Shown piece by piece: positions 18,126 to 26,215 of a DNA stretch of 64,000 nt. The notes under the pieces are model-generated. The model had not been told where the DNA came from. It saw only the letters and a list, made by a program, of their open reading frames with translations, and searched no databases. Location of the stretch: the NCBI GenBank assembly GCA_049423385.1, contig JBMSQQ010000001.1, positions 25,492 to 89,491 of the forward strand. The letters are read 5' to 3'. The translations under genes and the position numbers were made by a program. The number at the start of each line of letters is the position of its first letter. The stretch's first letter is position 1. The stretch comes from Silvanigrellaceae bacterium. Lineage in GTDB: Bacteria; Bdellovibrionota_B; Oligoflexia; Silvanigrellales; Silvanigrellaceae.

Positions 18126-19198
18126 GGCCTCTTTCGCTCGGTGAATTTCATGATGACGTCGATGAGTGCTGCGATTTTTTCGGCTGACACAATTTCAAGA
18201 TTGTCGGCGGGAGTGTGCCATTCCTGAAGATTCGTCCAGTCGATGACGTGGACAAATGGAATCCCAAGGCGCTTGAAGGGAATGTGATCATCCTCGACTG
18301 CCAAAGGTACTTTCTTCATTTGAATTCCACCACGCAGGGCGATCAATTGCTCGGCAATCAGTGACTCACTGCCCTCCGTGATAAACAGATTCTGGTTTTT
18401 ATGACCCACCATGTCGAGGTTCAAGAAAAGCTTGATTGGCTTTTTTTTCCATCCAACGCTCTGGCCACTGCGCGGCAAGCGATTGACGAATTCGCGTGAA
18501 CCGTAGAGGTTGTCGCGTATCCCGAAAAGACGATCACCATCTGTCCACTCGGGCAACAAGGACTCTTCTCCATCGAAAAAAGCCATCACCAGATCGCACT
18601 CGAACCAAACTCCACCTGGCTTTTGCCGCGACGAAAGTGCGTGTGCCGGATGGGTCCACAACCGCGCCAACTCAAGCATCAGAGCTGTGGATGAGCCACC
18701 ATCGTTGGCACCCACGAAACGAGTGCCTTCAGGAAAATATTTGCTGTCATAGTGGCCACCAATGATGAATGCACAATCATCTACGCCGGGTCGCCACGCA
18801 ACAACGTTGCGACCTGTCCGGGAAACCAGAGTTTTTTCCTTCCCAACCAACGGAGGCGTCTTGACTGTGAAGCGTTGCTCCTCGGTTTTCCAACCCCAGG
18901 AAGCGAGCAATTTCATCATCCACCTCGACAAGCGCGCCTGCTCCGGACTCCCCATCGGATGCGGTGCCTGGGTGATGACCCGCAAAGACTTTTCGATGTT
19001 GGAAATATTTGGAGCAGACGCCTGCCGGACAAATTGACCTGCGCCCGGATAACCGATGGCGTCAATTGATCCCGCAGCCAGAATTGTATGCCGCGACGTA
19101 AGATGGTCGAATAGCACACACGCCACGGAAACCATCAAAAGCGGCATCAATTGTTTGGCCCATGTCCGCTTGGCAGGGCGCAAGTTTGTGGGTATCAC
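18122..19198 (-). CDS. M28-family zinc enzyme, glutaminyl-cyclase-like, membrane-anchored or exported
   Basis: GHYDSK, GANDGGSS, FFDGEE, LYGSR, LDMVG, EDDHIPF, WHT..DN; N-terminal hydrophobic segment. Confidence 0.8.
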   Translation of the reverse strand: MIPTNLRPAKRTWAKQLMPLLMVSVACVLFDHLTSRHTILAAGSIDAIGYPGAGQFVRQASAPNISNIEKSLRVITQAPHPMGSPEQARLSRWMMKLLASWGWKTEEQRFTVKTPPLVGKEKTLVSRTGRNVVAWRPGVDDCAFIIGGHYDSKYFPEGTRFVGANDGGSSTALMLELARLWTHPAHALSSRQKPGGVWFECDLVMAFFDGEESLLPEWTDGDRLFGIRDNLYGSREFVNRLPRSGQSVGWKKKPIKLFLNLDMVGHKNQNLFITEGSESLIAEQLIALRGGIQMKKVPLAVEDDHIPFKRLGIPFVHVIDWTNLQEWHTPADNLEIVSAEKIAALIDVIMKFTERKRP

Positions 19199-19229
19199 AC
19201 GGCCACCTTTATCAGTCGGGAGCAGACAT

Positions 19230-20015
19230 ATGAGGATCCTATTGTGTAACGACGATGGCTATCAGGCAATGGGCATCCAAACATTGGCAGCCACTTTGCG
19301 CGACGCCGGACACACAGTCACCATTGTTGCGCCCCATGAAGAGCGCAGTGGACAATCACATGCCATGACATTTTTTCGTCCGGTGCTGGTCCGCAAGGTG
19401 GACACCCAGACGTACGCGGTTTTTGGCACTCCTGCCGATTGCGCTTTTTTGGCTCTGCACGACATTTTCAAAAACGAAAAATTCGACATGGTGATCTCCG
19501 GAATCAATCACGGACTCAATGTGGGTTGGGATGTGAATTACAGCGGCACAGTGGGAGCTGCCACGGAAGCCGCTTCATTGGGTTACAAAGCCATCGCCAT
19601 TTCGGTGGACCTTGAGGGCTGCACGACGCCTGATCTGATGAAGAAGGCCTTTCAGAATGCCGCCAATCTGGTTCAGTGGGTCATCGAACGCAGTGCCAAC
19701 ATTCACTGGCCAAAAATGGAAGTGCTCAACCTGAATCATCCAGGTCTGCAGGTCAAAGGATTCAAAACTGCTGCATGTGGCTCACTCAGTGTCTACGTTC
19801 CAACCGCTCATAAAATGACGACTGAGGAACTGAGTCAATACGGCACAACCGTGTACATGATAGGCGGACAAGCCCGTCGAAATTCACCGCGCAATGACGA
19901 GGACGTCAACCTGATTCAAGCAGGCTATGCCACTGCAAGCTTTCTTGAGGTCAGACAGGCCAGCACAACAAACACCGCCAGCCTCAACACTTTGGCGGAG
20001 TCCTGGAAACTGTAA
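19230..20015 (+). CDS. surE: 5'/3'-nucleotidase SurE
   Basis: ILLCNDDG, SGQSHA, GTPADC, SGINHGLN, YSGTVGAA.E. Confidence 0.95.
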   Translation: MRILLCNDDGYQAMGIQTLAATLRDAGHTVTIVAPHEERSGQSHAMTFFRPVLVRKVDTQTYAVFGTPADCAFLALHDIFKNEKFDMVISGINHGLNVGWDVNYSGTVGAATEAASLGYKAIAISVDLEGCTTPDLMKKAFQNAANLVQWVIERSANIHWPKMEVLNLNHPGLQVKGFKTAACGSLSVYVPTAHKMTTEELSQYGTTVYMIGGQARRNSPRNDEDVNLIQAGYATASFLEVRQASTTNTASLNTLAESWKL

Positions 20016-20020
20016 AGAGT

Positions 20021-21139
20021 ATGTCTTCGAACGATGGAGCATTGGAGTCGAATCAATCATGGGCGCAGCAACTGCGTCGGGGCCTCGTGACGCTCGAGCA
20101 ATTGGAAGAGCGGGGCTGGCTTGATTCTTTTGCAAACAACGACGACCTTCAGATTGCAAAATCCGCCCTGGACATACGTGTCCCTGTCGTTTTTCATGAT
20201 GAGATCAGCAAGGGCGATTTGAGTCTCATCAATCAATTTATTCCCTCTGCGCGTGAAGCGAGGATTGCTCCCGAAGAATTGGGCGACCCGATTGGTGATG
20301 AAACATTCTCACCCGTGGCGGGCCTCACTCATCGATATCCCGATCGTGTCCTCGTCAAAATCACCTACCAATGCGCCGTCTATTGCCGCTTCTGCTTTCG
20401 TCGTCACAAGGTTTCGCACAGCGAAGAAAACCTCAGTTACGATGCGCTGGATGCAGCATACAGATACGTTGAAGTGCATCCGGAAATCAAAGAAGTGATC
20501 TTCACTGGCGGTGATCCGCTTGTCCTGACGGACAAGAGATTGCAGCAGCATTTGGAACGTGTCGAGCGCATCCCGCACGTGGAATCCATTCGATTTCACA
20601 CCCGGGTTCCGGTTGTCCTGCCTGAACGAATCACGCCAGAATTGTGCGAAATGTTCAGCGGACTGAAAAAGCTTCCATGGGTGGTGATCCATATCAACAG
20701 TGCGTCTGAATTGACTGATTCTGCCCGGGCAGCCATAACGCGCCTGCGCCGCGCCGGAATACCCATGGCATCCCAATCTGTTCTGCTCAATGGGGTCAAT
20801 GATTCGACAGAGAAGCTCGAAATCCTTTTTCGCTCGTTGTTCCGGATTGGAATCAAGCCCTACTATCTGCACTACCCGGACCTTGCGAAGGGAACGGGCC
20901 ATTTTCGCATGCCTCTGAGCCATGCCCTCAAGACAATGGCGGCCCTCCAGGGGAAGCTCCCGGGCCTTGCCATCCCTCAACTGACGGTCGACATCCCCGG
21001 AGGGCACGGAAAAATCGCAGTCAGTTCGGATTCTTGTGTTCCAAAGGCAACTGGCAGCCAAAACTCCGGCGAAATCTGGAACATGAAGAGCCCCATCACC
21101 GGGGAATGGGTCAAAGTTCAATATCCCCATTGCCCCTAA
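20021..21139 (+). CDS. KamA/EpmB family radical SAM lysine 2,3-aminomutase
   Basis: GLTHRYPDRVL, CAVYCRFCFRR (CxxxCxxC), TGGDPL, QSVLL.GVND, DIPGG.GK. Confidence 0.9.
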   Translation: MSSNDGALESNQSWAQQLRRGLVTLEQLEERGWLDSFANNDDLQIAKSALDIRVPVVFHDEISKGDLSLINQFIPSAREARIAPEELGDPIGDETFSPVAGLTHRYPDRVLVKITYQCAVYCRFCFRRHKVSHSEENLSYDALDAAYRYVEVHPEIKEVIFTGGDPLVLTDKRLQQHLERVERIPHVESIRFHTRVPVVLPERITPELCEMFSGLKKLPWVVIHINSASELTDSARAAITRLRRAGIPMASQSVLLNGVNDSTEKLEILFRSLFRIGIKPYYLHYPDLAKGTGHFRMPLSHALKTMAALQGKLPGLAIPQLTVDIPGGHGKIAVSSDSCVPKATGSQNSGEIWNMKSPITGEWVKVQYPHCP

Positions 21140-21147
21140 GAAACTCC

Positions 21148-21174
21148 TAAAGTTCAAATTCAGCCTGCCGAATC
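21148..21174 (+). promoter_or_regulatory. Sigma-28-type promoter upstream of the pilin gene
   Basis: TAAA(GTT)-N15-GCCGAATC. Confidence 0.6.
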
Positions 21175-21222
21175 ATCCCATGAGGGTTTGGTACACAGAT
21201 ATTCTGTGGGGAGGCAGGACAC

Positions 21223-21786
21223 ATGAACTCACTCAACTTGAAAAGACCGGCGAAGGTGGCCCTCAGTGGCACGGCCGGGACGATGGCAGGTTTTACGCTC
21301 GTCGAACTGATGGTGGTTGTGGCCATTATCGGAATTCTCGCGGCAGTGGCTGGTCCTCGTGTTCAGGCTTTCCGCGCGCGCGGCGTTCAATCCGAAGCCA
21401 AGGCCAATCTGAACAGCATTTACCTGGCTCAATCGGCCTACCAGGACGCCAAGGACCAATTTTTCGAAGCGGGGGCAAATGGTGCCAAAGGCGCTGTTGT
21501 CAAATGCAGCGGAGTTGTAGGAGCCGACTGCGGCACTGACTTCGCCTTCAGGCAGTTGCCAGGCTCGAAGTATGATTATCAGGTGATTGGAAGCAGTGGT
21601 TCGTGGGCTGCGCTTGCCGTCAGCAAACAACAAATATTGAACGCCAAGACCGATGTCTGGAGAATCAACGCGAGCAAAACGTTGTGCTCACCGCAAGATG
21701 CCGTCACCAAAAAAGACGCTACGGCCAACAATTGCGCGAACCAGACTGCAACCGTTGACATCGTGACGGGCGACGAAGCGATGTGA
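21223..21786 (+). CDS. Type IV pilin / pseudopilin
   Basis: Class III signal G|FTLVELMVVVAIIGILAAVA; SEAKANL..I helix; four Cys; GGAGG RBS. Confidence 0.92.
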   Translation: MNSLNLKRPAKVALSGTAGTMAGFTLVELMVVVAIIGILAAVAGPRVQAFRARGVQSEAKANLNSIYLAQSAYQDAKDQFFEAGANGAKGAVVKCSGVVGADCGTDFAFRQLPGSKYDYQVIGSSGSWAALAVSKQQILNAKTDVWRINASKTLCSPQDAVTKKDATANNCANQTATVDIVTGDEAM

Positions 21787-21821
21787 CCCTCACCGAAGTT
21801 GAATTACTTTACGCTTTTCTT

Positions 21822-21880
21822 GCCCACCGCACCGGACTGTGCTACGAGCCACAGCTCCGGTGCTGGTGTTTTGGGCTTTT
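21822..21880 (+). terminator. Long imperfect hairpin after the pilin gene, probable terminator
   Basis: CACC-GCACCGGA-CTGTG...CACAG-C-TCCGGTGC-T-GGTG, followed by T-runs. Confidence 0.55.
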
Positions 21881-21954
21881 GACGCTTGAACTCTAGCAGT
21901 TTTCCTAGGAATATTGGTTTTTTATCTTTGCAAAGATTGTTTTAGGAGGTTCCT

Positions 21955-22065
21955 GTGCACGGTTCACGCCATAGAAGAAAGCATCCCAAGGGTCGTCGTA
22001 AGGTCGGTCGCAAGAAGCGTCGTCTTCTCCGCCGTCGTCGCGCTGCGAGAACTGGTGGCAAGTAA
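21955..22065 (+). CDS. 36-aa very basic small protein MHGSRHRRKHPKGRRKVGRKKRRLLRRRRAARTGGK (absent from the ORF track)
   Basis: AGGAGG at 21944-21949, GTG start, TAA stop, 13 Arg + 6 Lys and no acidic residues, all Lys as AAG and most Arg as CGT/CGC, downstream terminator. Confidence 0.8.
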   Translation: MHGSRHRRKHPKGRRKVGRKKRRLLRRRRAARTGGK

Positions 22066-22124
22066 GCCCTGAATCACCTCTGATGTTTGGCTCACGCCAG
22101 GCAAGTCGGAGGCGATTCAAAACC

Positions 22125-22160
22125 AAAAAAAGGTCCGGGAGACGTCCCGGGCCTTTTTTT
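22125..22160. terminator. Bidirectional rho-independent terminator
   Basis: A7-GGTCCGGGA-GACG-TCCCGGGCC-T7. Confidence 0.9.
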
Positions 22161-22252
22161 CGTGCCCTGCTCCGGCAAGTACTATTTTCAGCGACCTGTA
22201 CTTCTTTTTCGCCTCCCCGCCTGCTGCACAATTGGTTGGCATTCCTCCTCAG

Positions 22253-22339
22253 TTATACACAAGTTATCCACATGGCCAGTCATCCAAGAAACTCATGTGC
22301 CCGTTGCTGTAGAATTTGGCCGTGAATGTTTTATGCACA
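22253..22339 (+). promoter_or_regulatory. Cluster of three co-oriented DnaA boxes
   Basis: TTATACACA (22253-22261), TTATCCACA (22264-22272), TTATGCACA (22331-22339); all match TTWTNCACA. Confidence 0.6.
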
Positions 22340-22373
22340 AAAAAAATCCCGAAGCATGGAATGCTTCGGGATT
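22339..22373 (-). terminator. Rho-independent terminator of rplM-rpsI
   Basis: 13-bp perfect stem AATCCCGAAGCAT/ATGCTTCGGGATT followed by a U-run on the minus strand. Confidence 0.88.
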
Positions 22374-22451
22374 GTCCAATTTCGTGACCAAAGAACCGCA
22401 CAAAGACAAGGCAGCCCAATCCGGACGATGCCACCTTTTGCGGAAATTTGA

Positions 22452-22844
22452 TTAACGCTTCGAGAACTGGAAGCGAGCGCGGGCGGAACGCAAACCGTAG
22501 AGTTTACGCTCTTTGCTGCGTGGGTCACGAGTGACAAAGCCAGCAGCTTTGAGAGTCGGACGCAACTCAGCGTTGTAAGCCATGAGCGCTCGGGTCAAAC
22601 CATGACGAATCGCTCCCGCTTGACCAGACAAACCACCGCCAATCACGTTGACGTTGATGTCGATCTTGCCGTTGAGAGCAACCAACTTGAGCGCTTGCTC
22701 AACAACCATGCGCGAGGTTGGACGCTTGAAGTAGTCCTCGAGGGTGCGGGAATTGACCGTGATCTTTCCCTTGCCTTCCTTGATGTAAACGCGGGCGATT
22801 GCGGTTTTACGCTTGCCGAGACCTGTGAAGTATTTGATGGCCAT
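22452..22844 (-). CDS. rpsI: 30S ribosomal protein S9 (uS9)
   Basis: [40 protein letters not shown]. Confidence 0.98.
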   Translation of the reverse strand: MAIKYFTGLGKRKTAIARVYIKEGKGKITVNSRTLEDYFKRPTSRMVVEQALKLVALNGKIDINVNVIGGGLSGQAGAIRHGLTRALMAYNAELRPTLKAAGFVTRDPRSKERKLYGLRSARARFQFSKR

Positions 22845-22887
22845 TTTTGAAGCCTTCCTTTTCTAATCCGTTTGAAAACCGTTCGAA

Positions 22888-23328
22888 TCAAGCCTTGGTG
22901 CGTGCAGGAAGCGGTTCAGGCTTCTGAGCAGCATGGGGATGTTCGGTTCCGTTGTACACCTTCAGATTTCTGAACAATTCGCGGCCCAGAACGTTGTGGG
23001 GCAACATTCCCTTGACCGCCAATTCAATGAGGCGCTCGGGATGCTTTGCACGAATGTCGGCAGCGGTGAACGACTTGAGTCCACCAAAGTAACCGCTGTG
23101 GCGGTAGTACATCTTGGTGTTTTCCTTTGTTCCGGCCAAACGGATTTTTTCGGCGTTGATCACGATGATGTTGTCACCGGTATCGATATGGGGCGTGAAG
23201 ATGGCTTTGTGCTTTCCACGCAGAACGTATGCAATTTGCGTCGCAAGACGGCCAAGAGTCTGGCCATCGGCGTCAACGATGAACCACTTCTTCTGAACAT
23301 CGGATGGTTTGGCGCTGTATGTTTTCAT
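22888..23328 (-). CDS. rplM: 50S ribosomal protein L13 (uL13)
   Basis: [39 protein letters not shown]. Confidence 0.98.
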   Translation of the reverse strand: MKTYSAKPSDVQKKWFIVDADGQTLGRLATQIAYVLRGKHKAIFTPHIDTGDNIIVINAEKIRLAGTKENTKMYYRHSGYFGGLKSFTAADIRAKHPERLIELAVKGMLPHNVLGRELFRNLKVYNGTEHPHAAQKPEPLPARTKA

Positions 23329-23659
23329 TTCCTGAACTCCACGTGATTTTCAACATCGAAAACCACACTGTTACTGATCCGACTGCACGTATTTTTCGAT
23401 CATCCGGAAACCTGAAACTGCAGGGCGTTATCTCAACGCAAAGTTCCTGATTCGGACACATCGGCCATCACGAGCCAACGGATGTCATCTTCATGCGAGT
23501 CCAAAACGTTCGCCGTCGGGACAAACCGTGGATAGTTTGTTTTTCCGCCGACTTAACGCGTGCCAGCCATCTGACACACACGCAAAAGACAACCACTGCG
23601 ACCCCAGCCAAGCCGGGCATAATGAACGCAGGACGCCCCTTATAGTGAGAGGACGAGCT

Positions 23660-24868
23660 GTGGTCAACCTTGATTTGCTATCTAAAAACGCAGCGGCTTT
23701 GCTCCCTGTCAGTGGAGTGGTCGACACCGTTGTGATCCGCCTCGGTCGTTTGCTGGCAAACCGCCTGCTGGAATGCGGCAACCCCTCGGCATCAGAGCTG
23801 ATTGTCTATGAATCCGAGGACACACCTTCGCACGATGAGTGCGACTTGTACCTGAGTCATTTTGATTGTCATTTGGTCAACAATCTTAGAAATTTGGCAG
23901 CCCTGACAGCACTCCAGTCCAAATACGAAGTCATGGAAGACAGACTGCTGGGTCTGCTCGCCCAGCGGGCCCGCCGCGAACTCAACACCATAAATGAAGA
24001 CCCACCACTGGCCACCCGTCTGGCTCAGGAAATAGAGGCCCTCCTGGCGATCTCTCCCGCCCGTGGAGCAAACGCCCGTGAAGCTGCCGAATTTGGCGGG
24101 GGGTTCCTGGCGAGTTTGACCCAACGATGTCAGGAACTCATGCAAAAACCCAATCTCGATTGGACGGATCTCATCAAAGCGGACAAACCGCTGCCTGCGG
24201 AAGCGCTGTTGCGTTGGGCAAGTCGTCTTGCGCATGCCGTTGCAACGGCGGGAAGCATCATGCACAGGCTGGAAAATTTCTTTGGCAAAGATCCCATCGA
24301 CGACGCGGGACGCAAGGGAGTCCACAATTACAGACAAATCATGAAACAAAAACACCGTCCGCTGCACCGCGCCGTGACGCAGGGATTATCCTCTCATCGA
24401 CCACAAACCCGTCGATGGGAAGACGAATCGGCGCAACTCATGACCGAGCGAAACTTTCATGCCTTCGCGGTTTGTGTCGACCAGGTTGTTGCACAGCTGT
24501 CAGCCCGGCTCGAGGTGTGGAGCAAAAATGAAATCCAAAGAAGCTCAAATCCAAAACCCAGGCTGATTGAAGTTGAAAACTTCTTTTACGTCGACAGCAT
24601 GAGACGCACTCTCCATCAGCTCGGGGAAGGCCTTGAAGATGCCACCATGTGCGCTGAAAAACTGCTCGAGTATTGTCATGAAAGCAATGTTGCGGCGGCT
24701 GAGTTGATTGATGACGAAATTTGGTCGCTGTATCCGCGAATCAATCGCGAGACCTTGAAGCAAGCCCGCCTGAAGGTGCGCCACTCCGATGATCATTTTC
24801 CTTTGAGTGTTGCTCACAGGGAGTGGATCACTCGGCTGTCTGAACAGGCTCTTGTGGCGAAGGCTTGA
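23660..24868 (+). CDS. Helical protein distantly resembling argininosuccinate lyase (fumarase/aspartase superfamily)
   Basis: Segments TERNFHAF..QLSARLEVWS and KLLEYCHESNV..AELIDDEIWSLYP resemble ArgH SDRDF..HLSRL.E...WS and its C-terminal domain. GTG start after GAGAGGA. Confidence 0.5.
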   Translation: MVNLDLLSKNAAALLPVSGVVDTVVIRLGRLLANRLLECGNPSASELIVYESEDTPSHDECDLYLSHFDCHLVNNLRNLAALTALQSKYEVMEDRLLGLLAQRARRELNTINEDPPLATRLAQEIEALLAISPARGANAREAAEFGGGFLASLTQRCQELMQKPNLDWTDLIKADKPLPAEALLRWASRLAHAVATAGSIMHRLENFFGKDPIDDAGRKGVHNYRQIMKQKHRPLHRAVTQGLSSHRPQTRRWEDESAQLMTERNFHAFAVCVDQVVAQLSARLEVWSKNEIQRSSNPKPRLIEVENFFYVDSMRRTLHQLGEGLEDATMCAEKLLEYCHESNVAAAELIDDEIWSLYPRINRETLKQARLKVRHSDDHFPLSVAHREWITRLSEQALVAKA

Positions 24869-25661
24869 CAGCTGGATTCGCCGGCGAACCCTCGTCTCCA
24901 AATTCAGGTGCTGCTTCATAGAACTTTTCACCGATCGTGATGATCACCGGAGAAAAAAGTTCTTCTTGCCGAAGCAAAACATGATGCGCCTTGGCGAGTT
25001 CAAGAGTTGCCATGATGGTGATGATCAAGTCGTAGCGGGTTTCGCAGTCCTCAAACAATTCGCGCAGCGTGACTTGCTGCGTCATTTCAAGACGCCTCTT
25101 GATGACAACCATTCGACTTTGAATCGTGACTTTTTGGGCGCGCACTTTCACCGTTGGAGCGGCCTGGCTTTGCGCAAACCTCAAAAGCATTCTCTCGAAG
25201 GCAATCACCAAAGAGAACGCGTCTCCCTTGATGGGTGCGTGCAGCTTTTCATGTTCATCCGCACGGCGTGTGGGTTCACCGGTTGGAAAGACATCCCGGC
25301 CAAGAATGCTCAGCCTGTCGAGCCGTTCACATGCTTCCCGGATGGCCTCGAACTCCAACAAGCTCTCGACCAGCGGACGACGAGGGTCATCTTCAGGAAT
25401 TTCCTCAAGTGACTGGGCGTCGACCAGGCGATTTTGCAAGGCAGGCACCAGCAGATTGGCCTTGATTTCGAGCAGTTGCGCGGCCATTGCCAAAAATTCG
25501 CCGGCCATATGGAAGTCGAGCATGGGGGCATTGCGCAGAAACGACACATACTGTTCTGCGACGATGGAAATTGGAATATTGAAAATATTGATTTCCTGCT
25601 GCTTGATGAGATGCAACAGCAGATCGAGGGGTCCATCAAAATTTTCAAGACGCAGATACAT
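24828..25661 (-). CDS. scpA: Segregation and condensation protein A (kleisin)
   Basis: FDGPLDLLLHLI, EFLAMAAQLLEIKA..L, EDDPR..LV, LELAK....L.QEELFSP. Confidence 0.93.
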   Translation of the reverse strand: MYLRLENFDGPLDLLLHLIKQQEINIFNIPISIVAEQYVSFLRNAPMLDFHMAGEFLAMAAQLLEIKANLLVPALQNRLVDAQSLEEIPEDDPRRPLVESLLEFEAIREACERLDRLSILGRDVFPTGEPTRRADEHEKLHAPIKGDAFSLVIAFERMLLRFAQSQAAPTVKVRAQKVTIQSRMVVIKRRLEMTQQVTLRELFEDCETRYDLIITIMATLELAKAHHVLLRQEELFSPVIITIGEKFYEAAPEFGDEGSPANPAVKPSPQEPVQTAE

Positions 25662-25747
25662 GTTTTTTGCTCAAATCTTGTCGGTGCGGGTAAGATACGC
25701 ATTGACATTGTGTCTGGCAAACCTGTTTTCGCATGGAGCCACAAAAA

Positions 25748-26215
25748 ATGCCTAAAATAGCCCGAACTCTCGTGGGTTTTGGATTTGTCTGGATGTCCCT
25801 TTGGGCGACTTTCGGCGCATTGATGGGTGCCAAACTGAACCAGGCATTGCTCAACGAGGACAGCAGCTGGCTCGGAGGGCTTCAACGCACGATACTGCGC
25901 AGTGCGCACGCTCACATGAATGCAATGTCACTGGCCCTTGTGGCCCTGGGCCTGTCGTACATGGCTGCCCGACGCAGAGCAAAACAACGCACCGTGGTGT
26001 TCTGCTCAATTGCAGCTTTGGCGGGAACAATCGTCTTTGGAATCGGACTTCTTTTGGAAGCCTTCTTTCCACCCGTGCGCGGCAGTTTGCCCTGGGCCTC
26101 CGGTATCACCGCGATGGGAGGAGTTGTCTACCTGCTTTCAGTTGGATTATGGGGGATCATTTTTCTTGGAAAATCGCCCAACGACAAGCCAGAGGAGCAA
26201 AACGCGAACCCATGA
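25748..26215 (+). CDS. Four-TM membrane protein with AHAH motif (possible heme binder)
   Basis: Four hydrophobic segments; RSAHAHMN motif. Confidence 0.6.
   Translation: MPKIARTLVGFGFVWMSLWATFGALMGAKLNQALLNEDSSWLGGLQRTILRSAHAHMNAMSLALVALGLSYMAARRRAKQRTVVFCSIAALAGTIVFGIGLLLEAFFPPVRGSLPWASGITAMGGVVYLLSVGLWGIIFLGKSPNDKPEEQNANP

Noticed and set aside
21905..22231. 108-aa minus-strand ORF from the track
   Set aside because: It is the antisense shadow of the 36-aa basic ORF, crosses a bidirectional terminator and has no RBS; the plus-strand ORF has all the expression signals.
23329..23659. Riboswitch or ncRNA in the rplM divergent intergenic region
   Set aside because: No convincing match by eye to c-di-GMP, cobalamin or other known motifs; an Rfam/Infernal scan would be needed.
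25801..26211. N-terminal extension of the GT9 ORF (545 aa in the track)
   Set aside because: It overlaps the four-TM gene in another frame; the ATGA-coupled start at 26212 is more plausible.
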